From an uncultured Chitinophagaceae bacterium (GTDB lineage Bacteria; Bacteroidota; Bacteroidia; Chitinophagales; Chitinophagaceae), in the NCBI GenBank assembly GCA_963805365.1, contig CAWDTY010000011.1, positions 988,760 to 1,052,759 of the forward strand: a stretch of 64,000 nt of DNA, written 5' to 3'. The translations under genes and the position numbers were made by a program. Below are positions 10,693 to 21,150 of this stretch, one piece after another. A model generated the notes under the pieces. The model ran no database searches. It was given only the letters and a program-made list of their open reading frames with translations, and was not told where the DNA came from. Within the stretch, counting starts at the first letter, position 1. Every line of letters starts with the position of its first letter.

Positions 10693-12186
10693 ATGAAAAA
10701 GCTTCGCACAGCAAGGGCATTAATGTTATTGAGTACGCTTGTAATTATTTGCTTCCAGGTTTATTGGCTTACGACTCTTTACAAGGATAAATACAGTAGT
10801 ATTGAAAAAAATACAGACGTTGTCTTTCGTGAAATAATGTACAAATTGCAGGTTGACAGATTTGCAAAAGATTCACTTTTCCGGGGACTGCCTGGCGATA
10901 ATCTTTTCACGGTTGATATGCTTAATGTTCTTAAAAAGCGAATTAATGACACAGCGCAGGGGCCGGGTGAGAAAAAAAGTATAGTGATTAAAATTGATCA
11001 TAATGTTGATACGGCTATTGGGCACGGTCTTCTTGTTAAGGATTCTTTTGTGCGTAATAATATTTTTATCAGGCAGGGAAGCGGCCCGATCTTTACAGGG
11101 TCGATAAAAGACAGCAGCCAGCTTTTTGATTCAATCCCCTTAAATATTATAGCGGGCTCATTTCGGCATGAGCTATCAAAGACTAACATTGATATTCCGT
11201 TTTCCATTTCAAAAGTCAACATATCTAATGATACAAGCAAATGCACCGCGGTGTTTTGCACTGGGGTTGTGCCTATGGGATTATTTGGATTGATTGGTTA
11301 TAAAGCTGCATTTGACAGCCCACGGCTTTGGATATTTAAAAGTATGAGTTTGCAAATGCTGTTATCAGCCCTCCTCGTCGCGTTGGTGATCGCTTCATTT
11401 TTATTTCTTTACCGGAATCTTGTTGCGCAGCAAAGACTCTCAGATATTAAGAATGAATTCATAAGCAATATTACACACGAACTGAAGACTCCTATTGCAA
11501 CCGTAAATGTTGCTATTGAAGCGCTTCAAAATTTCGGAGCGTTATATGATCCTGCACGCACAAAAGAATACCTGGATATTTCCGCTTCAGAACTGCAACG
11601 GTTGAGTTTACTGGTAGATAAAGTTTTAAAAATTTCGATGTTTGAAAAAAAAGAAATCAATTTAAAAAAAGAACGATTCGATATTTTACAGCTATTCGGG
11701 GAAGTTATTGCTTCAATGAAATTGCAGTTTGAAAAACAAAATACGGCTATTGAGATTACATCGACAGGTGCTAACTTCATTATTGAAGCGGATAAAATGC
11801 ATATGACAAGTGTAATATACAATTTGCTTGATAACGCCTTAAAATACAGTAACGAAAATTCGCGAATTTTCGTTGAGGTTCTTGACCAAAAGCAATACCT
11901 GGAATTTCGCGTAACGGATAATGGGATTGGAATTGCCAGCGAATACAAACAGAAAATTTTTGAAAAATTCTTTCGGGTTCCTGCAGGTGATACACACAAT
12001 TCAAAAGGTTATGGACTTGGGCTGAGCTATGTAAATCATATCATACAACGCCACCAGGGCTTCGTTGAAGTAGAGAGCGAATTGAACAGGGGAAGCACAT
12101 TCAAAATTAAAATACCTTTTGCCGAAGCCTCTACAATCTATTATGATAATAACAGGCGGGTAAGGCGAATAAGCTTAAAATTATGA
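10693..12186 (+). CDS. sensor histidine kinase (HisKA plus HATPase_c)
   Basis: H-box 'FISNITHELKTPI', N-box 'IYNLLDNALKY', G-boxes 'DNGIGI' and 'GYGLGLS'. It has two TM segments. Confidence 0.85.
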   Translation: MKKLRTARALMLLSTLVIICFQVYWLTTLYKDKYSSIEKNTDVVFREIMYKLQVDRFAKDSLFRGLPGDNLFTVDMLNVLKKRINDTAQGPGEKKSIVIKIDHNVDTAIGHGLLVKDSFVRNNIFIRQGSGPIFTGSIKDSSQLFDSIPLNIIAGSFRHELSKTNIDIPFSISKVNISNDTSKCTAVFCTGVVPMGLFGLIGYKAAFDSPRLWIFKSMSLQMLLSALLVALVIASFLFLYRNLVAQQRLSDIKNEFISNITHELKTPIATVNVAIEALQNFGALYDPARTKEYLDISASELQRLSLLVDKVLKISMFEKKEINLKKERFDILQLFGEVIASMKLQFEKQNTAIEITSTGANFIIEADKMHMTSVIYNLLDNALKYSNENSRIFVEVLDQKQYLEFRVTDNGIGIASEYKQKIFEKFFRVPAGDTHNSKGYGLGLSYVNHIIQRHQGFVEVESELNRGSTFKIKIPFAEASTIYYDNNRRVRRISLKL

Positions 12187-12869
12187 GTATAAAAATTTTA
12201 TACATGGAGGATGAAAGCTTTCTCGGCAAGATTGTAAAGGAAAGTCTCGAGAGCCGAAATTTTCAAATTTATATGGAAGAAGATGGAGCGTTGGCAATGG
12301 AGCTTTTTAAGACCTGTAATCCTGATATTTGCGTGCTTGATGTAATGCTTCCAAATAAAGATGGATTTAAAATAGCCGAGGAAATAAGAGCAACCGGTTC
12401 AATAGTTCCCATTCTTTTTCTTACTGCCAAATCGCAAACTGAAGATCTCGTTAAGGGCTTTAAACTTGGCGGAAACGATTATATAAAAAAGCCATTTAGC
12501 ATGGAAGAATTGATAGTAAGAATTGAAAATGCTTTAAAAAATGGTAGCGAAAAACAATCGTTTGAAAATAAAGAAGTAATCAAGTTGGGCAAATACAGTT
12601 TCTTTACTGCAAAGCAATTATTGATTGAAGGGGAAAATGAAAAAAAGCTTTCTTACAAAGAAGCAGAATTATTAAAAATTCTATACTTCAATAAAGAAAA
12701 GCTTATTGACCGGCGGGAAATACTTAACCTGTTATGGGGTAATGATAATTTCTTTAACAGCAGGAACCTGGATGTTTATATAACCAAACTAAGGGGTTAT
12801 TTGAAAGCTGATTCGAACCTGGAAATCCTTACAATTAAAGGAATAGGCTACCGCTTCTTACTTGAATGA
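12183..12869 (+). CDS. OmpR/PhoB-family response regulator
   Basis: Receiver domain ('ILYMEDE', 'VLDVMLPNKDG', 'LTAK') plus a winged-helix C-terminus ('LTIKGIGYRF'). It overlaps the kinase stop by 4 nt. Confidence 0.85.
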   Translation: MSIKILYMEDESFLGKIVKESLESRNFQIYMEEDGALAMELFKTCNPDICVLDVMLPNKDGFKIAEEIRATGSIVPILFLTAKSQTEDLVKGFKLGGNDYIKKPFSMEELIVRIENALKNGSEKQSFENKEVIKLGKYSFFTAKQLLIEGENEKKLSYKEAELLKILYFNKEKLIDRREILNLLWGNDNFFNSRNLDVYITKLRGYLKADSNLEILTIKGIGYRFLLE

Positions 12870-12902
12870 TTTTATAAAAAGAGCTCAAAGTAAATACCTC
12901 TC

Positions 12903-13331
12903 TTATCTATCAGCTTCTTCATACCTGTTGGCTTCAAGTCTTAGTGTTTTGCCCCATTCTTTAAAGTTTATTAAGATTTCCGTCTTGCCATCTTTCCCTT
13001 TAATACTTACTGTGGCGTCCTTCGTATCGCCGCGGCGATCTGCAAATTGCGCGGCGAAAGTTGTGATTCCTTTTTTAAAAGGTTCACTCCAGTTACAAGT
13101 GAAATTTGTGTTGTCGCCATTCAAAGTATCATCTTCGTCGTCATTATGGGTAAGAATCACACTCGTTTTGGAGACTTTCAAAACCACCCTGGCCTCTTCG
13201 CTGCGCTCTACTTTTCCGGCTGTATCAAGGAATTCTGCCTTGCCGGAAAAGTATATTACCCCTTTATCACATTGCGCAGCCGCTATAAGTGTTGAAGATG
13301 ATAGCGCAAAAATTAAAAAGACCTTCTTCAT
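12903..13331 (-). CDS. hypothetical secreted protein
   Basis: Clear signal peptide 'MKKVFLIFALSSSTLIAAAQ'. The overlapping plus-strand ORF 12862-13347 has S/L-rich antisense composition. Confidence 0.6.
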   Translation of the reverse strand: MKKVFLIFALSSSTLIAAAQCDKGVIYFSGKAEFLDTAGKVERSEEARVVLKVSKTSVILTHNDDEDDTLNGDNTNFTCNWSEPFKKGITTFAAQFADRRGDTKDATVSIKGKDGKTEILINFKEWGKTLRLEANRYEEADR

Positions 13332-13360
13332 GATTTTCTATTATTAATTGAAAAATAATT

Positions 13361-13594
13361 TTATATCTCAATTATAGAGGGCAATGCAATTGTTGAACTT
13401 ACAATTGCCGGGGCACTTTCCGCAGATCCGCTAATTTCTTTTTCTGGTGATCTCTTTTGATCTTCCCGGGTAGAAATACCCAAAAAGAATAAAGTGGGTA
13501 TCGCAATGCCTATTATAAGCACATGGAACGAAAACAAAATACGATTTAAAATTTCTAAGCCCTGTGTCGCTGTTTTATTAATTGCCTTTTTCAT
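13361..13594 (-). CDS. hypothetical small membrane protein
   Basis: 77-aa ORF with one hydrophobic segment, 'ILFSFHVLIIGIAIPTLFFLGI'. Confidence 0.4.
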   Translation of the reverse strand: MKKAINKTATQGLEILNRILFSFHVLIIGIAIPTLFFLGISTREDQKRSPEKEISGSAESAPAIVSSTIALPSIIEI

Positions 13595-13883
13595 TGTTTT
13601 AAGTTTTTATGGTTTGTGTTAAATACATTGCAAAGATATAGTTTAAAGCATGTTCTATGCAATACATAGTACATTGAATGGCATAATACCGTTATCAGTG
13701 GTAGAAAAAGAAGTATTAGCGGAATTTGGGGATTTTCTTAGCTAAAACAACAGCCGAAACTGGAATGAACTATGGGAATAGGAGAATATAAACGTTCCAT
13801 GCTTTTTACTTTGCTCTAATATATCGGGCCTAAGCATAGAATTCTACTTGTATTAATGAAATATAGGAAGATGACTTCTCTGC

Positions 13884-13913
13884 AAAAGAAAAGGTGCCGA
13901 ATTACGGCACCTT
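13884..13913 (-). terminator. intrinsic terminator inside a 680-bp noncoding gap
   Basis: AAGGTGCCG-aatta-CGGCACCTT gives a perfect 9-bp stem (13891-13913). A T-rich tail follows on the minus strand only. Confidence 0.55.
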
Positions 13914-14271
13914 AAAATTGGCTTTTCAATATCAGGGGAAAAGTTAATTAAAAATTTAAAATCGGGTTTTGCCAGTTCACTTTATCAATCAGCCCGAATT
14001 ATAGTGAGAAGAAAATAACATCCTTTCACCTAAAATTTTTAAAATTTAAATAAGGTTTGGGATAATTAAGCGAATTCCGTTAGTAGAGTAAGAGGAAGTA
14101 AAGGTAGTTTAACCAGGTATAGTTTGATCGTTGCAAATCTATTAACTGAATTTCATATTTCAAAATTAATGTGTCTATTAAATCGTTTAAAATGGTTTTC
14201 TTTTTGCGAATGTTTTCCACATTTTTTTATTAATTGTTAATTCCACAGTTATTTTGAAGTGGGAGGCCTTT

Positions 14272-16735
14272 TTAGAACGGGTAATCTATACCGATAGTCG
14301 CATTAAAATTTTCATAGCGCCACTGCCTGTTAGCATCACCCGTTCCAAAGAGGTGCTGTAAATTAATGGCAGGTACCTGCCAGCCGTTATTTTCCAGTAC
14401 ATCGGGGCGCTTAAATCGAAAGCCCACGTCGAACCTTAAAAGGAAATAACTGAAGTCGAAACGAAAACCTACACCTGAAGAAACGCCCAATTGCTTATAA
14501 AGGTTTTGAAACTTGAATTGGGTTGTATCAGGACTTCCGTCGGGTTTGGTATTCTTAAAATTCCAAATATTCCCCACATCTGCGAATAGAGCCATTTTAA
14601 AAAGAATGGCATTGGAAAAAAGAGGGGCCACATTAAAACGGTATTCAGTATTTCCTTCCAATTGGATATCCCCGGTGCGATCATTAAATAATGCATTATT
14701 TACAAACGGTGCCAAAGCCTGGCCCCCAACGCCTATACCCCTTATTGGCCAACCGCGCATGCTATTGGGGCCTCCCCCAAAATATTGTTTGAAGAATGGA
14801 AGCGTGGTATCGCTCCGGGAAGTGGGAATGCCAACACCTGCAAAGGCGCGAAAGGCTATCGCGGATTTCGGGTGGTTAATCGTGTAGGTATATTCTATAT
14901 CGGCCTTGATAAATTCCCTTAAATATTTATTGAAAAAATTGCCATTCTGGGAATTTTTATTTCTTAACTTAAGCAATCCATATGGTAAGCCGGACTCTTC
15001 GAGATTAGTTTTTAGGGTGCTTATGATTTTTGGATTTTTAGTATTTACATGAGCGCTCCTATAGCTTATACCTGCTCCCATAACAAGGGCCGTGTTAAAT
15101 GAATACTGCAGGAAAGGGTATTTCATTAAAGTGCTGTCAAAACTCTTTGACCTGTTGTAAAGCCTGTGGTAGTCGAAATTGAAAAGCCGGAGGCTCCATA
15201 TTCGATTTTCTTTTTTGGTAAAGTTGAAGCCGTAGCCAAGGCTTAATATTTGCTGGTCAAAAAAGTCAATCCTGTTTACAAGTGAAAGATTGGTATTAAG
15301 AAAAGACTGCTTAACAAGCAGATTTTTCCTGTTATACACGCTGAAAGGAAAAATGAATTTTGGGAAAAGCAGACTATTGCTATACGTTATCTCATTGGAA
15401 TTTATAAAAGTGCCGCTGCTGTTACGTTTGGAAGTATTAAATTCCACTCCTGCCCTAATGGAGTTTGTCATCCTGATAGCTTCTTTTGCAAGATTCCGGT
15501 CGGTAACACTTAAGTTACCCGCCACGCCAAGCAGGTTTCCCGAATTTGCGCCTGATATATTGCTGGTCGTATTATTAGCCGAATAACTTAATTCAACATT
15601 TCCCTCAAATGCATATCTTTTTAAGGGTATTAATTTTATGACGAGATCTACAAGATTGCTATCTTTTTGTTCCAATATATCAACAGTAGGGCTTTCCCAG
15701 ACGCCTAATTTGTAAAGGTTATTGATTGTTTTATAATAATCATCCTGGCGGTATACTTCCCCTTTTTTTATGAGTAGGTTGTTGTTGGGCAGGTAAAACT
15801 TAAAAAGCTTTTCGTGATACCTGGTGATGAAATTTCGTGAAAGGTGCTCTTTAAGTGAAGAATCGCGGTAATCGTCTCCGGGTTTATAATCCGGTAAAAC
15901 ATAAATATTATTAATGTAATATTTTTTCAGTTTGGTAGTATCGGGTGAATTATTGAGCTGGTATCCCAGCCTTATTGTAGGTTTATCTCTTTGTTCATTT
16001 GCTTCTGCCAGTAATCGAAGTTGTTCAAAAGGATCTTCGGCAACAGAGGTTAGAGCTGCTATTGATGTGTCGCCTGTTACCCTTATTTCATCAGCAGTAA
16101 ACTTATAATAACCATTATTGCGATAGAGTGCGACAAGCCTGTTGGTTTCGGTTTGTATAGCACTCTTAGTAACGGGGCTGTTTTTTTGTAATGGTGAAGA
16201 GCCTTTTGATGAAATGGCAAGCTGTTCCAGTTCGGGTTCAGTAAAAAGATACGCCAGGGTATCAATAAGAGTTCTTTTTCCTGCAACTACATTATAGTTT
16301 GTAATTACTCTTTCCTGGCTGCCCTTTTTATGAAAAACGGTATCTGCAGTGTAGGTTACCTGCGGGTCGTAATATCCTATGTTCCGCATGGAAGATCGCA
16401 TATTCTCAACAGACTGGTTTATTGCGTTAGTGTCGAAAACAGGAGGCTTGGTAATATAGTGAAATATGAAGGCTACATCTTTTATTTTCACTTTTGCGCT
16501 ATCGTCAAATTGAGTGTTAAGCCTGGAATTAATCAACTACTTTCTCATCACTGCTTACATTATCTACAGTAAGATTGATATTGTTTTTAAAAACAAAAGG
16601 AATATTTTTTTGATATTTTCGTACAAATGTGAAACCTGAATATTTTTTTGTAGAAGAACATCCCGAGACAAAGGCCAATAAAATTATCAAAACAAAAAAT
16701 GAGGAAAATTTTATAGGGAGAAGTGTTCCATTCAT
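14272..16735 (-). pseudogene. Omp85-family outer-membrane protein with an N-terminal lipobox (BamA/TamA family, TamL-like); one frame break
   Basis: The 754-aa ORF ends in a typical Omp85 barrel ('GGGPNSMRGW', terminal 'GIDYPF'). The N-terminal piece (ORF 16529-16780) has 'FFVLIILLAFVSGCSS' and meets the main ORF at an 8-nt overlap, 16529-16536. The likely start at 16735 lies only 12 bp from the divergent TrmH-family gene. Confidence 0.7.
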
Positions 16736-16747
16736 AATAAGCACAAC

Positions 16748-17503
16748 ATGTTGAGCAAAAAGTTGGTCAAATATATTCAAAGTTTAAGCCACAAAAAATT
16801 AAGGGATGAGGAGGACGTATTTATAGCCGAAGGGCCAAAGGTAGTTTCAGAGCTTTTGGCTTCCGGAATTTTTTTGTGTAAGATGATTTGTGCGGAAAAG
16901 GATTGGATTTTGGCCAATGAAAATTCTTTCACCGTTCCGCAAACGGATATTCATGAAATCGATGAGGATTTAATAAAAAAAATATCATTATTAAAAACCC
17001 CCAATAAGGTCGTTAGCAATATTTAAAAAAAGGGAACTTAATCCAGCATCCACTGCTAATTGGTAAAATAACGTTTGATTCTTGATGACATAAGTGATCC
17101 CGGAAACATGGGCACGATCATTCGTATTGCAGATTGGTTTGCAATCGAAAATATTATTTGCAGTTCAGATTGTGTGGATTGTTACAATCCAAAAGTGGTG
17201 CAGTCCACAATGGGAAGCCTCGCAAGAGTTGATATTTTATACACTGATTTGAAATCTGTATTGTTGTCAAATAAAGGTATTCACACATACGCGGCTACGC
17301 TGGCCGGTAAAGATATTTCTGAATTCAGGAATGTGGACGAAGGCTTTTTATTAATAGGCAACGAAGCAAAAGGCCTTAGTGAGCAATTATTGGCAATCGC
17401 AAAAGATCAAATTACAATTCCACGTTACGGCCACGCTGAATCACTCAACGCCGCAGTGGCAACCGGAATTATTTTATCACATCTTAAAAGGCCTTCATCT
17501 TAG
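16748..17503 (+). pseudogene. TrmH/SpoU-family RNA 2'-O-methyltransferase, interrupted by two opposite frame shifts
   Basis: The N-terminal part is 'LVKYIQSLSHKKLRDEEDVFIAEGPKVV' and the catalytic part is 'LDDISDPGNMGTIIRIADWF...GNEAKGLS'. Both ORFs are in the same frame. The stretch 17017-17082 reads through only in a second frame. Confidence 0.75.
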
Positions 17504-17606
17504 CAAAATAGTTTTGGCGCTACTCCTCGTTTGCCTATAGCCATCCGAAGTATAAAAAAAATTGGATAGTAAATCGGTCATGGTTTACCCCTTTAGGGGA
17601 TAGGGG

Positions 17607-18842
17607 TCACCTAAACTCAATCGCCTTCACAGGCTGTATTTTTCTTATCAGTAATGAAGGAATAATCAGCATTAAAAAGCAAACAGCCAGCGTTGCAACA
17701 TCAACCGCTACAACCTGCCACCAAACCACATCAGCATGAGCTGCATCCATAAAATACGCTTCCTCGTCGAGTTTGATAAAACCGGTTTTTTCCTGGAGAA
17801 AGCAGATTCCTAACCCCAGCAACGTGCCCGCTACGATTCCCACGACGGCGATGATTGAAGTATTGTAAATAAATATTTTTTGAATCGTAAAATTTTTTGC
17901 ACCGAGTGCTTTCAGAATTCCCGTCATTCTTGTTCTCTCAAGCACAAGGATAATAAGGCAGGTAATAAGATTTACCACCGCCACCACCATCATTATTCCA
18001 AGTAAAATACTTTTGATGCGTCCTTGCAGGTTGAGCCAGTCAAAAATATTGGGATATATTTCCTGGATTGTTTTGCTATACCATCTTCCCGGCAAAGCAT
18101 CGGAGTCGAAGATGAAATTATTTACTGAATCCGTTTTTGTATAATCATTTAAAAAAATTTCATATCCGCCAATTTCATCCGGCGCCCAGTCATTCAGTCG
18201 TTGAATCAGCTTAATATCACCGAGGCAAAAATTATGATCGTACTCGTCAATACCGGTTTTATAAATTCCCGCAATTCTAAGTTTTCGTGCACGCTGGCTA
18301 CCGTCGCTTTGTATAAAAAGTATAATCACGCTGTCATTCACGTTTGCTTCAAGTTGGTTGGCTGTATATTGGGAGATGTCAATGTCTTTACTATAGCCAC
18401 TATCCTCAAATGATATCCAGGTACCTTTCATTAAAAATGAATTGATACGGCTGAAATCAAAACTGCTGTCAATGCCCTTCATCAGTACGCTTTCAATATC
18501 GTCTTTATACCTGATGATGGAAGATTTCGTAGCATATCGTTCCACGCTTTTTACATCCGGAATGCTTCGAAGAAAATGTTCAAGGGTGTCATTTCTTTCA
18601 ATGGGAGATTCTTCGGCAATGTTTGCCTGTGCCATTACGGTTTGTTGCACTCTTATGTGGCCCCAAAAGCTGAAAACCTTATTACTTATTACATTTTGGA
18701 AACCATTAACAAAGCTTAGTGCAACTATCATCACAGCTACGCTTATCATGGTAGCGGTAATTGCCAGCCCAATTATGAAACGTGAAAAAGTTTTTTGCCT
18801 GTTGAAAGCTATACGCTTTGCAATAAAAGATGAAACATTCAA
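17607..18842 (-). CDS. FtsX-like ABC transporter permease (LolC/LolE family)
   Basis: '[18 protein letters not shown]' N-terminus, a large periplasmic loop, and a C-terminal 3-TM FtsX domain with '[14 protein letters not shown]'. Confidence 0.8.
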   Translation of the reverse strand: MNVSSFIAKRIAFNRQKTFSRFIIGLAITATMISVAVMIVALSFVNGFQNVISNKVFSFWGHIRVQQTVMAQANIAEESPIERNDTLEHFLRSIPDVKSVERYATKSSIIRYKDDIESVLMKGIDSSFDFSRINSFLMKGTWISFEDSGYSKDIDISQYTANQLEANVNDSVIILFIQSDGSQRARKLRIAGIYKTGIDEYDHNFCLGDIKLIQRLNDWAPDEIGGYEIFLNDYTKTDSVNNFIFDSDALPGRWYSKTIQEIYPNIFDWLNLQGRIKSILLGIMMVVAVVNLITCLIILVLERTRMTGILKALGAKNFTIQKIFIYNTSIIAVVGIVAGTLLGLGICFLQEKTGFIKLDEEAYFMDAAHADVVWWQVVAVDVATLAVCFLMLIIPSLLIRKIQPVKAIEFR

Positions 18843-18901
18843 ACCCCTTAAATTTGGTATCTTGTAAAACTAATTTTTTTTAAAACATTTAAATAAATTC
18901 A

Positions 18902-20190
18902 TTGAGAAACTCCTCTTGTATTTTCTTTCAAATTGCCTTCTTCGTTATTTTATCCCAATTTGGTTATGCCCTTGCTCCCGATAGTATTTACGTAAACAAT
19001 ATAAGGAGTGCAAAATTGTACACTTATGGCAATCAGTTAAGCATGCCCGTCATTAATCTTGCCAGCGGCGACCAGGTAGAACTTCACTTTGATGATATGG
19101 ATGCTGATGTAAAATATTATTATTACACATACCAGCTTTGTAATAATGACTGGACACCGGTAAACCTCAGCCAGTTTGATTATCTCAAGGGTTATACACA
19201 AATGCGTATTACCAACTACCGGTATTCTTCAATAGCTTATACACGCTATACCCATTACCAGGCTGTATTACCCGATAGGGGCAGCTATCCCATAAAATCC
19301 GGAAATTATATTTTGAAAGTTTATCTTGATGGGGATACTTCGAAGCTTGCTTTTACAAAAAGATTAATGGTTGTTCAAAGCAAAGCCGACAATCATTGCG
19401 AATGTCGTTCAACCTTTTGCCCCGGAATATTTTCGTACTCATCAGCGAATTCAATTTTCCGTTGATGCAAAGGGGATTGATGCCTTTAATCCGCAGCAGG
19501 TAAAGGTTGTGGTACTTCAGAATTACAGGTGGGACAATGCCATGAAGAATATGATTCCTACATTCATCAGGGGGAATGTTCTTGAATATAATTCACCAGA
19601 TAAAGCAGTTTTCCCCGGTGGAAAGGAGTGGCGATGGCTCGACTTGCGGGATTTCCATTTGCAAAGCGACCGGGTGCTAACTGCCGACTACAAAAAAAAT
19701 TCTACTGATATATTTGTACGTCCGGACGGACCCAAGAGAAGGACAGCGATATGTTTACTATCGTGATTTCAATGGCATGTATTCTATAGAAGCCATTCGC
19801 GGATTAAATCCGTTTTGGGAGGCAGATTATGCGACGGTTTATTTTACTTTTGTACCTCCTAACAATGTAGCCTATCCCAATAAAGATGTCTATCTTTTTG
19901 GACAACTCACCAATTATAATTATGCCGACAGCCTTAAAATGATATTTAATCCGGAAAAAAGAGTGTATGAAACCCACCTCTTTATGAAGCAGGGCTATTA
20001 TGATTATACCTATGTGGGAGTGGATAAAACCAATCCTTCCGTGAAGGTTGAGTTTGATGGAAATTATTACGAAACTGAAAACCTGTACACCATTTTGGTT
20101 TATTATAAATCTTTCGTTGGCCGTTCTGATGAATTAATAGGCGTGGCAACTTTTGATTCCAGAACGGATAAGCCGGGGTTGAGTTTTTGA
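18902..20190 (+). pseudogene. DUF5103 / type IX secretion plug-like protein, split by two frame breaks
   Basis: Three consecutive ORFs (18902-19465, 19371-19766, 19714-20190) read as one protein. 'LHFDDMDADVKYYYYTYQLCNNDWTP' and 'SGNYILKVY' match my recollection of DUF5103. The family assignment is from memory only. Confidence 0.55.
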
Positions 20191-20299
20191 ACTTATTAAT
20201 TAGGCAGGTAATTAATTCGTGCAGTTCGTGTAATTAAAATAATTCGTGGCTATAATTTGTGCAATTAGTGTGATTGAGATAATTAGTGTGATTAATTAT

Positions 20300-20307
20300 T
20301 ATATTTG
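20300..20307 (+). promoter_or_regulatory. Bacteroidetes -7 promoter box for the SRP RNA
   Basis: TATATTTG is an exact match to TAnnTTTG, 2-5 nt upstream of the RNA's terminal helix. Confidence 0.5.
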
Positions 20308-20309
20308 CA

Positions 20310-20408
20310 GCCGGCAAGTCTTATACGGCCAGCTCCTATAGAACTCCCCCAGGATCGGAAGATAGCAAGGGTATATGGTTGAGCGGTGCGATGTAAGTAA
20401 CTTGCCGA
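20310..20408 (+). ncRNA. ffs: signal recognition particle RNA (small bacterial type, 4.5S-like)
   Basis: Terminal helix CGGCAAGT / ACTTGCCG. The domain IV core 'CCAGGATC-GGAA-GATAGCAAGG' has the conserved AGG...GGAA tetraloop...AGCA pattern. It is followed by T9. Confidence 0.8.
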
Positions 20409-20516
20409 TTTTTTTTTGAAAAGACAATTGCACCCCAATAAAATACCGTGAAATCACCCTATCCTTAATAAATAATTGTCTTTACATTTACTTATTATTA
20501 TCCCCTGAAGTTTTGT

Positions 20517-21125
20517 ATGAAATACACTTATCTATTATTACTGCAACTTGCATTACTCCTATTTTATTCTCAACTATCATACTCCCAGATAACTTTCGGA
20601 GTTAAATCAGGGATGAATATAGCCACCACAAAAGACCTAACAGCGATTCCCAAAAATAGAATAGCATGGTATGCTGGTGTGGTATCGATCATACCTTTGC
20701 AAAACAAATTTTTTCTTCAATCGGAATTACTCTATTCTTCAAAGGGGCATAGATCTCCTAATGAGATTGGCCGGTCGAATATTACTTTGAGGGTTAATTA
20801 TATAAATCTTCCCATTATGGTCGGTTATAAAATCGACCGTAAAACTTCTCTTCTGATTGGCCCTGAATTAGGATATTTAATAAATGCTAAATTAAAAATA
20901 GCAGATGTTAGAGAGCCCATTAGTGTATCGAAAAATTATGCTCCAAATGTTGACTTGGGCATGGATATCGCCGTTAATTACAAGCTCAAAAAAAACTTTA
21001 GTGTAGGAGTTTGCTATTGTTACGGATTCAAATTGTTGTATTATATCGACAATGCCGGTGTTAGGCATGATGAAATCAAGGGAGGAAACCGCGTTTTTCA
21101 AATAGGGTTAAATTACTCATTATAA
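20517..21125 (+). CDS. porin-family outer-membrane beta-barrel protein (OMP_b-brl_2-like)
   Basis: Signal peptide, alternating beta-strand pattern, and terminal 'FQIGLNYSL'. Confidence 0.65.
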   Translation: MKYTYLLLLQLALLLFYSQLSYSQITFGVKSGMNIATTKDLTAIPKNRIAWYAGVVSIIPLQNKFFLQSELLYSSKGHRSPNEIGRSNITLRVNYINLPIMVGYKIDRKTSLLIGPELGYLINAKLKIADVREPISVSKNYAPNVDLGMDIAVNYKLKKNFSVGVCYCYGFKLLYYIDNAGVRHDEIKGGNRVFQIGLNYSL

Positions 21126-21150
21126 ATTATCACTTTTTAAAATTTAGAAA

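Noticed and set aside
12862-13347. 161-aa plus-strand ORF that starts inside the response-regulator stop region
   Set aside because: It fully overlaps, in antisense, the minus-strand gene 12903-13331, which has a clear signal peptide. Its Ser/Leu-rich composition is typical of a shadow frame.
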